Shown: positions 36,010-49,470, numbered from the whole stretch's first letter. The stretch: DNA of 63,576 nucleotides, filler included, from Asterionella formosa (GCA_002256025.1; 6 parts of 6 records of this genome joined end to end with filler, not necessarily neighbours in it); one strand, 5' to 3'. Numbers and translations are program-made. Notes: generated from the sequence alone by a model not told the origin.

Positions 36010-37368
36010 TTATTGGAAGGCATCATCCTCGTCGATAAAAATAGAATTAGGGGAGCTCACTTTGTCGCCAAGTTGCCCTTGCTCTGAAATGGACGAAGCC
36101 CCAGGATTTTCTGTGGTCATTGTTGGTGCTGAGTTGAACATTCCCTGCAAACTCTTCTTTGCGCTCAATCGCTTTCGTTCAGCGTCTATGAAAAACTTCA
36201 CGAGCTTACAACGCTCAGAGTGTGAATCGGCCTCCAGAATTTTCTGCATTGTGAGAGTTGATTCCAATACAAGGGGTTCAAGCTCAGCAGCCATTCGCTT
36301 TTGCAACTCTTTGACTTCCTGTTGTAACTGTGGAGAAAGGTCTTGAAAGCTGATCATGCTGGGAAGTTCCTCATCCTTAATACCTTTTTCTTTTCTGAGG
36401 AACGCTTGCAGTTTTTCTTGGAAGTCTCGCTGCAACTCATTCTGGCGCCCCACCAGACGCTGATCTACGTAGCTTTGCCACAAGCGAATAGTTTGCCAAA
36501 GCCCGTCTTCGCCTGGGCCGTCCTTCACAGCCAATCGATCAGACGAGGCCTTGGTGAATCTGATATCTTCCTCCAATTCATGTTGAGTCGTGACCAAACT
36601 AATGAAGCTGCTCCTCAAGGCTTGTTCATCTTTGGATGTGGCTGCACTCGCGATAGCCCCATAAACATCATTGCTCGCGGGTTGGACAGGTTCCTGGGTA
36701 TCGTCGAATATAGTTCCCTCAACCTTCAAGTACGTCTCTCTGCTGGCCCAGGCTTCTGGATTGATGACTCTGTGCAGCTTGACTCGACCCACGACTTTGT
36801 GGTTGCAAATGTACTTGATCGCATCGCCAGTTTGTTCGCTCACTTCCTTTAGATCTTCCAAGGCGAACAAAACGCCCGTCTGTGCGAATCTGCCTTGCTC
36901 TGTCGGATGCGACATGCTAACAACAAATCGTTTGGATCCATTCATGAGAATATCTGAGTACATTTGACGATACCGTGGCTCGAATATATTGAGAACATGC
37001 TGCGAGTTAGGAGTATAGACAATACCTCCTAGTGGGAAAAGAGGAAGGATCTCATTTCCGTCCTTAACAGACGTGATGACTTGCGACGATGACGTGAGAA
37101 CCGAGGGTAGCCACGACACTGAGTCGATTCCCTTTGACAAGGGTTCGCCACTGTCATCGTCGTCATCTTCATCGTCCACGGCGAGTTTGAGGGAAGTAAC
37201 TCGAGGCTTTCGATGTGTATCCTTCAATCCGAACGAAGCAGTATGGAAGCTGGTGGCAGAAGGCGACCTCGAGGTGGACTTGGCCGGAACAAAAGCCATT
37301 GCTGCTGGCAATAAGCCATTGCTTCCAGTAGCCGCAATCGAGAAGAGGACGCTATGCACAAACTTCAT
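36010..37368 (-). CDS. LON peptidase N-terminal (substrate-binding) domain protein, probably plastid-targeted; frame is open to 37500
   Basis: ILPLFPLGGIVYTP..LNIFEPRYRQM. Presequence ends AMA-FVP. No Walker A motif or protease domain is visible. Confidence 0.85.
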   Translation of the reverse strand: MKFVHSVLFSIAATGSNGLLPAAMAFVPAKSTSRSPSATSFHTASFGLKDTHRKPRVTSLKLAVDDEDDDDDSGEPLSKGIDSVSWLPSVLTSSSQVITSVKDGNEILPLFPLGGIVYTPNSQHVLNIFEPRYRQMYSDILMNGSKRFVVSMSHPTEQGRFAQTGVLFALEDLKEVSEQTGDAIKYICNHKVVGRVKLHRVINPEAWASRETYLKVEGTIFDDTQEPVQPASNDVYGAIASAATSKDEQALRSSFISLVTTQHELEEDIRFTKASSDRLAVKDGPGEDGLWQTIRLWQSYVDQRLVGRQNELQRDFQEKLQAFLRKEKGIKDEELPSMISFQDLSPQLQQEVKELQKRMAAELEPLVLESTLTMQKILEADSHSERCKLVKFFIDAERKRLSAKKSLQGMFNSAPTMTTENPGASSISEQGQLGDKVSSPNSIFIDEDDAFQ

Positions 37369-38182
37369 GATGAAGGTGTCAAAAGGACCGATACCGGTGG
37401 GCTGTTGAGAAACTTCAACAAATGCAGACTTGCGAGTCGCTGTGCAATGTTGTGCGGTGGCGGGATGCAGGGACTTGCGTGAAGAGAGCGAGCGGCCCAC
37501 ATTAATGTATTTACCGTACCAGGTACCAGGAACCTGGTACCGTAGTATGATAGATATGAATCAATCTTCGTCACGTGTGATGTAAAGGTGACCTTACGTA
37601 CCATTTCGACACACTTTTGGGGCGAAAAATCCTGTGCCATCCATTCTTTTCTTCGAAACGCAATTTTTAAGTGCGGAATCGATAGCTGACCTTCTTCGCA
37701 CTCAACAAAACTTTCGTCCGTTTAAAAACATATCGCATATTTATAAAAGTTATGGTCGTTTCCACAAAAATGTCCATTTTCGGGGGTTTCAGAATTCTTC
37801 CCCCCAAGATCCACGGGCACCGCCCGCACAACAACGTGGGCATTATAAAGTACATAGGAATACAAACAAGAAATAAAAACACGGTAGAAGCTCAAGAATT
37901 AACACGGTAGAATCACATGCTGACATGTAGGCTAGCGTGCTTGAGTTCTTCTCGACTTAAGTTTGGTAGTTTAAACTATTGCTATGGGAGTTAAAGTAGC
38001 CTTCTCATCTCCATAGAACACTACCCCTTATCATGGCTGCCTTGACATGAACATTGCCAAACATATAATCTGTCATTTTTGTCCCTCTGTCTTACATCCT
38101 CATCATTGGAGGGAGCTTGTGTGGATGAAGCTTTGCTCTGCATTGAATTAAACCAAGCATTCACTTAGAATGGATGAGATTT

Positions 38183-38309
38183 GGGGAATGGCTTAATTGG
38201 TTAGGACACCTCATGAAGTGGTGGTTTCAATTCCAGCATTCTCCATCTGTCTTTCTTTATGTACCAGTCCCTAGGGTTTCAGGGGGTGAGGCTGATGAAG
38301 AGACAGGTC
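38183..38309 (+). mobile_element. Putative tRNA-derived SINE or structured ncRNA, copy B
   Basis: GGGGAATG pairs with CATTCTCC (acceptor-like stem). A-box TGGCTTAATTGG, B-box-like GGTTTCAATTCC, and hairpin 38245-38308 homologous to copy A. Confidence 0.55.
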
Positions 38310-40452
38310 CTGTGGTACCACATTGAAGGATCAAGAAACTCCATTGTACCACCATGATAGCTAGCTACCTGAGCTAGTACTATTCATGCCAGAATCTGTT
38401 GCCGCTCTGCCTACTACACCACTTCCCAAAAATTTGACGGCATGGAACTTGCAGATCTGCAATTTCAACCAGTTTATTTGCCCAAGACTTGTATTCAATT
38501 TGTTGGGTATCATTGTTGTTTAACCACTAGTTTGCCTTAGTCTCCGCCCAGCCAAATTATCTCACTTGAGCTGTTATATGAGCTCTAGAAACTTATGCCA
38601 CAAGCCGATCCACCATTTCTGTGATTTATTTACTTGTTGGACAGAAGTGAGTTCCTGCAAGGAGAGCAATTAGTTAAAAGTGACTTCAAGACGACCGTGT
38701 ATCACTACCTCTGTTTGATGCTATTTATTTAATAGGTCAAAGGGGGGGAACGGGCCTCTAACCTCTTGGTCCTTACAACAGTGTTCAGTTGTCGATTGCT
38801 GCTCTTGCTTGGGAGGAAGTGTTTGATGATTTCTGTAACCAGGAGCTCATCGTCATGGGTTTTGAGACACACATCGGTGCCACATTGATAGCAATGAGGC
38901 AACCGGAGCCTTGAGAGGGAAATGGCAATCAGCAACACGACTTAGGACCGTTAGGTGCTCAGCAGTGAAGCTGTTGCCGAAATATGCCACCAAAAAACCA
39001 GGGAGGCGACAGTTTTCTTGCTGCTATGGGTGGCATGCACTGGACTTCTGTCCCCTACCCCACTCCCCCTACTGTACGTAGTGACCTGAGGTTGCTGAAT
39101 CCCCTGAAGAAGTTGGCTGCCCATGTTGATTCTGACATCTGAAACAGGAATGTAGAGAGCTAACATCCTTTTTATTTTTGTCGAAATAGCACCTCCAAAT
39201 GGAAATCAGGCATTTATCCTTTGTACTCCAAAGGCAAGGAATCATTATTCTAGCTACTGTTATTTCCCTCCTTGTAGATATGTATAAAATAATTAAATCA
39301 TCCATCTACATTTTACTTGAGAGGACCATTTTTTACTGCACACATGTTATAGATGGATCTGCAGCTTAGGGCAAGGCACCCTCTAGAGCAATTGAGCTGG
39401 AGAAAATTGTATGTTGGCAGGAGTCAAAATGGCCCCCACTGTTTTTGCCTTGACCTATGGAGTACTGTTACTGTCACTAGGGACCAGGCATTGTACTCCT
39501 AGATGTAGCCTTGAACAATTATTAGAATACCAAATTTTTTGCAGTTGGCGTCACTAATAAACCACAGCGAAGTCTCCCGACCAGATACAGGTACTTGGTA
39601 CCTGGTACCTGGTAGTGTCTACATATGTAGACAACCTGTTAATATTGCAGGTACATACCGGTACTACATGTTCCTGGGGTCATGCTGTCGAGGTCATGCA
39701 GCGGGACTTCCGAAGAAGAACACGTAACAAATAAGCAGCAGCTGCTGGTCATTGTTGTGAGCTTTGTTTACATTTAAAGGACTATCTGGATGTCATTTGG
39801 GATATGCCCAATTCCTGCCTTAACGAACAAACATTTCGGACCTCGTTGGCGAAAATGAGAATTGCTCGTGTCAAGGAATTTTCATCATCACTTGATATAT
39901 AATTGCGTCACTTTCGAATGTTACCTCATTTGGCTTATTGAAACCACAGATGTTCACCATCTGTTGCGATTTGATGTCATGGAATAAATTGCATGACGTA
40001 GTATATAGCCCCAACTGCTCTTATTCTTGGTTTCTGCTATCGATATAACCACCACCATATGTTCAGAGTTCTCAAAAGTGCGCATGAGAAGCTCAACAGG
40101 GTTTTTCTTTGTAGCAGATGCGTCCATCTGTTCTAAAATGTGAGAGGACAAAACAACCGATCACCACCTTTGGAGAACTGAAGTAGCAATCAAAGCATCT
40201 CATAGAAAAAAGCAATAAAGTGAAGCGCTCATTCAGGTACAGAGCTGCCGAAACAAGAAATAGAGGTGAAAGAGTAGATTCCGTAAAAGAGTCTCTCAAG
40301 TAAATTTGAAGATCAGAAGATAAAGTCGAACGTTCGTCACGACATTATTCTCGCCCCCACCCATCACGAAAACTACGCAACTAGTTACAGCTTGTTGTGC
40401 AAGATTTGCTCGCTAAACACTCAGCAAGGCAAGTCAGCTGGACAAGGCGGTG

Positions 40453-43288
40453 ATGCAACAACAAAATCATCACGCTCCAGCTCCGGTCGGGTATGCGCCC
40501 TTCTCCAGTAACACGATGTCGAACGGGCAGCAGGGCTACATGGCTCAACTCGACGCCACAACTGCAGCTCTCCTGATGAATCCGCATACAGCAGCAGCCG
40601 TTGCTGCAGTAGCGGCAGCAGCTCAGCAGATGCAGCAGCACGCGCAACAGATGCACCATCAACAGCAGCATGCTCCTGCCCATCAGCAGCACTTTCAAAT
40701 ATTGAGTACTATGCCACCTGGGGTGCAACAAATGCTCGCCAGTGGTCACTCATTATCACCTGCACCAGGATTAATGTCTAATTCTCAGGCTCAACATTCA
40801 GCGGCAGCTGATAGTTCGACCCCGCCGTCACCGCAACCTGGGCAACAGCCTTCACAAGCGTCACAAAGTCAGGGTGCAAGCATCAGTCTTTCACAAGTGT
40901 CCGTACCTGGGCAGCAATATCCTTTCGGAGTGCCTCCTCATGTAGCTGCCATGATGGGCTTTCCTCCGGGGGCAGCCCCTGAAACTAGTCCTCACGGTGC
41001 AAACATTTCAAATGGTACACCGACACCTCAACACACCATGCAACTTAGCTTTCCTTCTCCTGCTGCACCTGCTCAGACTCTACAGGCTCCACCACCCATC
41101 CCTAGCAATTCTTCGACAGTGCCTAGTGCAGCCCAAGTTTCTAGCGTTCAATACTCGAATGGTCTCCTCGTCAACATGCAACACTGGAAACTTCACCAGC
41201 TAGGTACGACTATGTTTTCATCATGCCGTTCTGTATCCACATGCGCAGGTACACTCACCCACAACGTTTGCTCTCTTAGAGGCTCATGTATCAAATCTTC
41301 AAAACAGCAAGCAGCCCGTTCCTCAACCAATCGCTATGCTGTTAGCAGACGCCCGACGAAAGGAAGACAAACGAACTGCCAAACGCGTAGCCAACCGTAA
41401 ATCTGCGTGCACGTCAAGAGCACGGAAAAAGGCGTTGGTGGAAGAAATGACCAGAACAAACGCGAGACTTCGACGACAAGCATTGATTCTGTCTTTGCTC
41501 CCTGATTTAGTAATTGCAATCACTGTTGAGGGCGAAATTACATTTTGCAGTGCGCAGGTATGAAGCCGATAGTCAGCCATGTTTTGCTTGCACTTTGATG
41601 TTTAGTTAACTCATTCATCTACTTTGCAGGTTGAACGAGTGTTACGATATCCAATTGATGACTTGCTTGGAGCGAACCTCACTGATGTGCTAGTCCCTGC
41701 GTCACAACAGGCCCTTAGCAAATTGATTGGCGAGCTCGTGGCTGCCGAGCGAGCGGCATGTTCAGGGGAGCCCACTGTTCAAACCAATCCCGAAAGTCCA
41801 ATGGAAGGAATTTCTCGTGACGGAGAAATCAAGGAAGACTTCGGAAATGCAACTAATGCCGTCCAATCTTTTCCGCTCTCTGTCGTCAAAGTCAAGCAAA
41901 ATCTTGTGTCTGGTGGGGAGGAAAACTCAGACCTTTCTACCAGTAACAATGGCGGAGTGAAGACAGAAAGTTCAAGGAATTGTGCTATTGGCGTCGACGC
42001 GCCCTCATTTCCTTCTGGGGAAGGTAACGGAGAAGGGAAGAGCCAGGATTCCAAACATTTTCCGAATATGAAGAAGGGACCAAAGGAATCCAGCAGCGAT
42101 GAATCATTCTCGTCTTGCTCAGATGCCAAACAAATTCGCAAGGCTAACGAGAACTTGAGTCGTAACGTGCGATGGCACAACGAACAAATGAATAAAAAAG
42201 TCAAGGCAAAACAAGCTCACTTGGACGATGTCCTAGGCGCCTTTGTGACCGCCAACAACGCCGATGCAAGACTTTCATCTTTGCAACATCGACCATTCGA
42301 GCCTTCGCCAAAGAAGGCAAAATGCGAGAACGAAAACGAGGAAGATTCATCCAGCTCATCTGATTCATTGCTAGCTGGACAAGAAGAAACACGAGGACAG
42401 AAAAAAGTCATGCAACCAAAGAGTAGACAAGATCAGAACTCATCAGACGACTCGGGCTATAGAGAATCCCATGAGAGTGCAAGAGAAGATACTTCGTCTA
42501 CAGAGAGCGAGAGTTCCAGCAACAGTCCAAATGGTAAGTTCAGAGAAACGCTGACAGCTTACAATTAGTTTTACAGAATCTTACAGCTTGTTCTAGGAGG
42601 TCGACCAAAACCGCTTGCACCGACCTGCAATATTTGCTTGATCCGCGACGACCTCACGACAATTTGGTGTGAGGTAACTTCTTCTATCAGAACGCGATCG
42701 CTAAGGGAAGAAATATCTCCTGAGGATGCCGAATTGTTCGGAGGACTTGGAAAGTCCACGTCAGGCTCAAGCGAGAAAGGCAACAACAAGACTGACTCTT
42801 CAAAGCCGTCTGGATCTGGACCCCCTGCTGATTCTTCAGATTCGACAGAAGAAGAGTCATCTAAAGATGAGATCAAAGAACTTCTTTTGTGTTTACGTCC
42901 CATCCGAGATGGCGAAGAAGCTGTGAGTGAAGCCTTGCGTTTCATTCCAGTTTCCTCCCGAGCTGCCCAAACTGAGACTGCTGAATCTGCAAATGCGATC
43001 ACTATATGTGGATCGACCCCTCACGCCTCTAACAGCAGCAACGGTGGCTCTGGTGTCGGAAAATCTGTCGCTTTGCTGTCACCTATCAAGCAACGACCTC
43101 CCAAGAAGCGACCAATGATGTCATTGCATGAGACCTCAATATCTGTCACAAAAGTATCTACTGAATCTTCGAGCCAAGAAGATGGGAGCAACAATTCACG
43201 ACCTGCCAAGAGGTTGCATAAGGACGAAGAAAGTGCAGAAAAAAGTGTTGTTGAATCTCTTATGTTGATGTCCAGCAACACGAATTAA
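40453..43288 (+). CDS. bZIP-PAS transcription factor; exons 40453-41203, 41280-41557, 41630-42533, 42597-43288, ~874 aa
   Basis: Gln/Pro-rich N-terminus. bZIP basic region KRVANRKSACTSRARKK. PAS segments LPDLVIAITVEGEITFCSAQVERVLRY..DLLG, CNICLIRDDLTTIWCEVTSS and ELLLCLRPI. Three GT-AG introns keep the frame. Confidence 0.88.
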
Positions 43289-43899
43289 GAAAGAAGATGA
43301 TTTTGAATTGAAACGAGGTCCAGTAGACTGGGAAATGGGTCATCTACAAAAAGCTATGTTCCACTTATAAATATTATTATTATATTTCACATTAGTAAGA
43401 GGATTTGATCAAGATGTTTTACTGATCCAGAGATTGCCAAAACTGTCACTCCTCCAATACAGTCCTAGAAAGTAATGGACAAGTCATTTAGGTAAATTGA
43501 AACTAAAAATTATGATGTAAATAAAATAATTTTTAAATATCTAAAGAGCATTAAAGCTATACCCAATAATTGCACTCATGCCCAACCAGGGTGGTGTAAA
43601 AAAATAGTCTACCAGTACCAGGTGGAGTGCCAGGTACCAGCTACCAGCTACCATCAGGTGCTCCGTACTCAAGTACAGTACAGGACCTATCAAAATGTTC
43701 TTCGTTCATACGGTACTCCTCCTGGCATGAATGGCTAAGAATGCTTCCACGCCTAGAGGTGCGTTTGGAATGATCCAATAAGAAATAGGGAAGAATACCC
43801 ACATGAATGGAAACAATTAGTACTTGTTTTATTTGTCTGTACAGTACAGCAGGACCTGTCTCCTTGTTAGTAATATATGTATAATTAATACCTTTTGCT

Positions 43900-45500
43900 C
43901 AACCAAATGCACCAATTCCCTATACACTTACCAAATATTTCATGTGCATATATCTCATCGGGGATTTTATATTATGTATCTGTCAGTCCACAAAATATTA
44001 ATAACAGTACACAGCCACCTGTCACACAAACGACCACCATGCCAAAGACAAGAAAGAAAGGAACTTCCAACAGCAAGGAGACCAAACCACTTCATTATGC
44101 TCAGGTGGTCATCTAATGCAATATGCTTGGCAGTGTTACAGAACTTGAACTTCAACAGCACACTATGAGTACAAGAGATGTCCACTTGTTCACTCAACCA
44201 CTCCTGGATTTGCTTTGGGCCTGCTTAGGCACCAAACGCAGGTTTCTGGATCTGCTAGGATGGCGAAAAGTGGTCAACAGTATCTGAATCAGTCCTACTA
44301 CAGCACCATCCCATGTGAATTTGAGGGACCATCACCCACACCCTCAAGGTTGGCTGTCTACTCCATCTCGATCTCAAAACAAAACTCACAACTTTCTTTA
44401 CCAGTTGAAAAACGAGTTCAAAGAATGGCATATAAGACAACAAAAATGCACCAAATATTCAGAAATTGAAGCAATCAAGGCAATCAATATTGGACAGCTC
44501 CCATACAAAGCAAGCGCATCATTAATGTTGTGAAGACTCTCAGAAGGTATACTTGCAGAAAGTCGGCTACTGGATGGTTAAAAAAGACAGGTGCTAGTGC
44601 TGTCACCGGCATATCCATTCTATCAGGAGATCCCCAGGCAGGCAATGTCGACTTAAATGTGTTAAAACCCCAATGGAAAAACGAAAGCTCGACGTCACCA
44701 ATGCTGGAGGTTGATCCACACATTTTTGGCTGTGTTGCTGATTGACCAAGCAACTCTACAAAATATGAGTCTCAATTTCATGTTGTCAGGGGCTCGAACA
44801 TGCAAAGTCGCTTGTGTCTGTCTGGTAAATCCATCATGGAAAATATTGTGCTGTAGAGATAGAACGTGTCTCATCAACAAGCATTTGGGCGGATCCCTAC
44901 CCTGAGATTTTATATAATTAAGTCCTAGGGCAGTCCGGGCACTCCAAATTGAGTCAGCAGACGACTCAGGAACCGCAATGGCTCCATACCACCAATGGAT
45001 GACAATAGTGATAACTCAGCTGTGGCAGATGGCATCAAAGGCGTGGGAGGAAAGTAACGCCACACACCCTTCACCACACACAGAACGCTCACATAGTTCA
45101 ATCCGAACAAGACTCACGTATGAGATGATACTACCACGAAAAAATATAATCTGTATTTGTGACCAGCACATTAGCTACAGTACCCCTTGCATTACATGCT
45201 GACGGCTAAAGCCGGCACTAGCTAAGAGGAGGTTTTGGAGAAAGCAGAGTTTCTTTTCGAAGATCTGCACTCCTGGCAAAAAGTTGTCAACTATACATCC
45301 AAAAATTCTTCAGCACAACCATTTGCCAAGCTGAAGACACTCCAAAGACAAAAATGGTACCACTATGGCCACAAAAATCTCATAGCACCAAGAAAACCGA
45401 TTTATTCACCGGTTGAAAGACAAGGTGAGGAATTGATATCTGCACAGCATGCTTAAGCACCCACAGAAATTCCTGACTCTCATTTGAGATATTTTATCCA
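43900..45500 (+). mobile_element. Possible highly decayed non-LTR retrotransposon fragment (RNase H end / C-terminal zinc-finger region); boundaries approximate
   Basis: Fragmentary peptides QLSLPVEKRVQRMA, LRRYTCRKSATGW and SPMLEVDPHIFGC loosely resemble LINE C-termini. Many stops; CpG-poor. Confidence 0.3.
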
Positions 45501-45863
45501 TCTTTTCCCCTTGGACTAGCGCCTAGAGTCACCATGTATGTTGGGCTGACACAGGATGAGTTTTGTTTCTTCTAAACTTGGGCCTAATTTGCCAGGAACA
45601 AGCAATATGCGGCCTCAATTACTACCTAATATAGAGTAATAGTTTCTTAATAAATCGTGTTATTGTACTTATAACAGCATCTTTTGACACGAGCCTTCTA
45701 TCAGAATTTGATCACAACATCCAGCTTCATCGATGAATGCTACTGAACAAATAGGTATGACATTGGATATAATTTGCCTCTAGTCGGAGGAGTCAAACAA
45801 AGATCCTAATTCACTTAGTCATAGCAGTTTTTACTGGCATCTTGCACTGGTACCAGCACATCA

Positions 45864-47733
45864 TGTTGGAGAATGTATTTTTGGAAAGAAAATCCCGGTA
45901 TAAATTACCTACCACATATTGAATCGAATGAATCAAGAAAGAATATGGTACCAGAGAAAACTCAGAATTCGAAAACAATCTACATCAACAGTAAAACCCA
46001 TAATTCTACTAAAACTCTTAGGAACGATTACAATGGATTACGGCAACATCGTTGTTCATATCTACAGCCTATTTGGTCCCTGGCGTGTCCTTAGAGGATA
46101 CAAGAAAGCATAGAGTGCTTCCGGACGCAATTTCAACAGTCTTAGTAGAATTAGCCGGCCAGGAAGAGCCGTGATATCAAAATCAACAACAGGTGGACCG
46201 TTGAGAGTCCGGAGACAAGATCTGAGGGTACCAGACCATCCAAAGTCTGAAGAAGCCGCACAAGGCGCATCATGAGTGGCAAAGGAAAGTTTACCAAGAA
46301 GGCTCAGACCAAGGGCAAGTTTCAAGCCAAGGGAGGGAGCAATATTGCTTCTCACTCCATCAAGAAGTCAGTTAATGACTATAACTACTACCTCGGATCA
46401 TCAAAGCAGGCATCTGATTATGAGAATACTACTGAGTACCTCATCAATCACATCAAGAAAGTGTTCAACTATGGCAACGACATAGGAACCGCGCTCAAGT
46501 TGTTAGAACCAATCAACACATCGGCATGGAAGCCAAGAATACAAGTGAGCATTGCAACAACAGAAGAAGATCGCGCTTCAGAGAATCGACAATATGAGAT
46601 TGAGTTCAAGGCTGACTATGACACCTACAGTAAAAGGGTACAGGCCTACGAAAATAATAATACCAAGACATATGCGTTGCTCTGGGAAAGATGCAACAAA
46701 GCCATGAAGAACAAGATTGAAGCGAGATCTGATTACAATAGGATCGAAAATAACCCAATAACATTGCTTATGGCAATTAAAGAATATGCACTAAATTTTC
46801 AAGAAAACCGATATTCTATGTTGATCATTTGAGATGCGATGAGAATGCTTTTATTTACAAAGCAAAAGGAAGGAGAAAGTCTACAAGACTACACCAAAAG
46901 TTTTCGTGTGGCATGAGATGTGCTTAAGTCACACATGGGAGGACCCATTATCCTCACCAAGTTCGTTGAAGCCATAGATGGATACAACGAGACCGACATC
47001 AAGCAACGAGATAAATTTCGTGAACAAGCTTTCAGTCAATTTATGGCCTATTTTTACCTCGATAATGCGGATAAAGCCAAATACGGATCAATTATGACCG
47101 GACTGAACACTCAACAATCACTTGGCAACGATCAATACCCAAAGACCATCACCAAATCAAATAATGTTCTCAGCAACCATCGGTTTGACGTAACAAATAA
47201 ATCCAACAGTCACAAGAAACCAGGAGATTGTAATAAAGAGAAAGAACAAAAGGATGCAGGGAAGGAAGACAAAGATGTGAACTTATTGTTTGCACAGTTT
47301 GAAGGAAAATGTTATTGCTGCAGTAGAGCAGGTCACAAATCTCCTTCGTGCCAAGACAAGAACGAACCCAAAGAGGAATGGGCTATCAACCAGGCCCAAA
47401 GTCATGCACAGGCACAGGCTTCTACATCGGAGACAAGTACAGTTACCTCTGTTAATTCCAACAACCCGCCGTCATCACAAGCTTCACAACGAGCAAATGT
47501 CAATCAATTTGGATGGGCGGGAGTTCATATGAAACTACAATTTTACCAAGCATCTGAGATGCATGACTGGATACTATTGGATAATCAATCAAGTGTCACA
47601 GTCTTTTGTAATCCGAAAATGGTTCAAAACATTCGAATGTCAACCAATGGAAGCATGCACCTGGCCACAAATGGTGGATCCATGGTCACTAATATGAAGG
47701 CTGATCTTCCACAATGGGGAGAAGTATGGTTTA
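45864..47733 (+). mobile_element. Truncated Ty1/Copia (CoDi-like) retrotransposon: candidate 5' LTR 45864-46188, then disrupted gag-protease from 46272
   Basis: TGTTG...CAACA-bounded segment precedes the ATG. Zinc knuckle CYCCSRAGHKSPSC and protease WILLDNQSSVTVFCN. In-frame TGA at 46830 and 46914. Homology to the second copy stops near 47733. Confidence 0.85.
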
Positions 47734-49348
47734 TGGTCAGTGACCAATGATGATGAATATGTAGAACTCCTGCATATAATGAACAAGATGCGGCATAGCA
47801 TACAAGAGGATGCACCAATGAAAATTTAACTGCTGAAAATTAAAGTTAAAAATATATCTAATGTTAGAGAAGTAATCCAAAATATCTCTAATATCAGAGC
47901 AGCACAAGGACGATATTATGTATAGCAGATCACCAGAATAATTTGTGTTATAATACACACATGATATAATATTTTTTTATTATCAGAGCACGCCCATTAT
48001 TAGGTTTTTCTGCACCTAAAATTCCAAGAACTGAAAAGGAAGTTTAACTTGTCTGTAGCCTTGTACCAGCATTTGTCTGGAGGATGAGAAAAAAAATCTC
48101 AATCATTTCCTGAATTTTACGTGCAGAATAACCTAAAATGACCCTCTGGGGCAGTTAATTGAACTAAAATTCCCCACCTTATTGAAAAGTATGCGCAACT
48201 ATCATTTCGTCAAAGCGAATTTGAGCTCTGCTAAGGCATTAAACATCCAGTGGCAATATGAACATTGCGTCCAATGCAAACAGTGAGAAATACCGCCCAA
48301 AACCCGGATGTACGACGTTGTTCTTCGGTCTTTTGCGAACTCTTGCGAACTTAGCGTACTTTTGCGGTCTTTTGCTGTTTTTTTAAATACCTTTAACATG
48401 GTACGAGTTCGATTTTAGATGAAACACAGTTTTTGTACATGACTTTTCATACTTTGGAGTTTCCGTCACCTCCCAGGAACCTGATACATCATAAATCTAC
48501 ATGCTACCCGGTACTATACTTCATACGGATGTCTTTTAACCATTTTCTGGAACTACTGGTATGATACCGTACCGGTACCTGTACCCGTTACAAGAAGCCT
48601 GGCTTTTGCTACTCCGCACCCCAGTCGTAACAGCAATTTGAAACTGTTTTCTATGTCGTATTCTAAGCAAAGCAAGCAGTTGGGGGCTGGAGTGTAAGAT
48701 ACCGGTACATCGAACCATGCATCTGCCCAACCCATCCATCTTATCGTGGGAAGCGAATGATGTCGAATCAAATCATACGAGCAGGCATACTCAATCGTGT
48801 CAGGCACCCGACGGCCTAGGTAGGAAGGAAAGCAAGGTACGTAACCCGCCGTACCTCGTCTTGTACGTCCAGGTTTTACGGTTCTGTACTACCCCGGTAG
48901 TTCTGAAACGCACGCTTTCGGAACTCCTTTTCTCCATCGAGTTTCGAAGAAGAACAAATGCCGTGCGGCCGGTGCTCAGACGAGAACAATCGTGAATGTC
49001 AATCAGTGATGTGGTAGTGCCAACTGGTGACCTGAGAGACTCTGTACAGTTACTGGTATGCTACAGCATTCCTTCTTCTCCTCAGTATTCACCTACATAC
49101 AGTCAATTCTGACTCGGCGGGACCCGGTTCCAGGTACTAGAGCTTCATAAAAACCGTACCTTGGCACTTCAGAATTGTGTGGAGTCTAATAACAGCTGAG
49201 CGATTGTGTCTACCAGTACGCATGTACCGGTCTTAGTACATAAACTACTTGCATATATGAAGGTTTATGGTACGTAATCCGTATTTACTACAGAATTGTG
49301 CAGGGCTACCGGTATTACGAATGCCTTACGTAGCCTTTGCTGCCCTTC

Positions 49349-49470
49349 GGTACCTGGTACCTGGTACCAAGTGGGGATACCTGGTACTGGTACCTGGTAC
49401 CAGGTACCCGTTGGCAAAACTATTTCCGATACTGCACATACAGTACTGGTACCTTGTACAATACCTGGTA
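49349..49470. repeat. TACC(A/T)GG palindromic repeat array upstream of the PI4K gene
   Basis: GGTACCTGGTACCTGGTACCAA...TACCTGGTACTGGTACCTGGTACCAGGTACC. Confidence 0.85.

Noticed and set aside
38292..38340. CTGATGA...GAAAC resembling a hammerhead ribozyme core
   Set aside because: I could not build stems I-III, and homologous copy A lacks CTGATGA at this position.
41336..41700. Aureochrome photoreceptor
   Set aside because: The PAS segment lacks the flavin-binding NCRFLQ motif.
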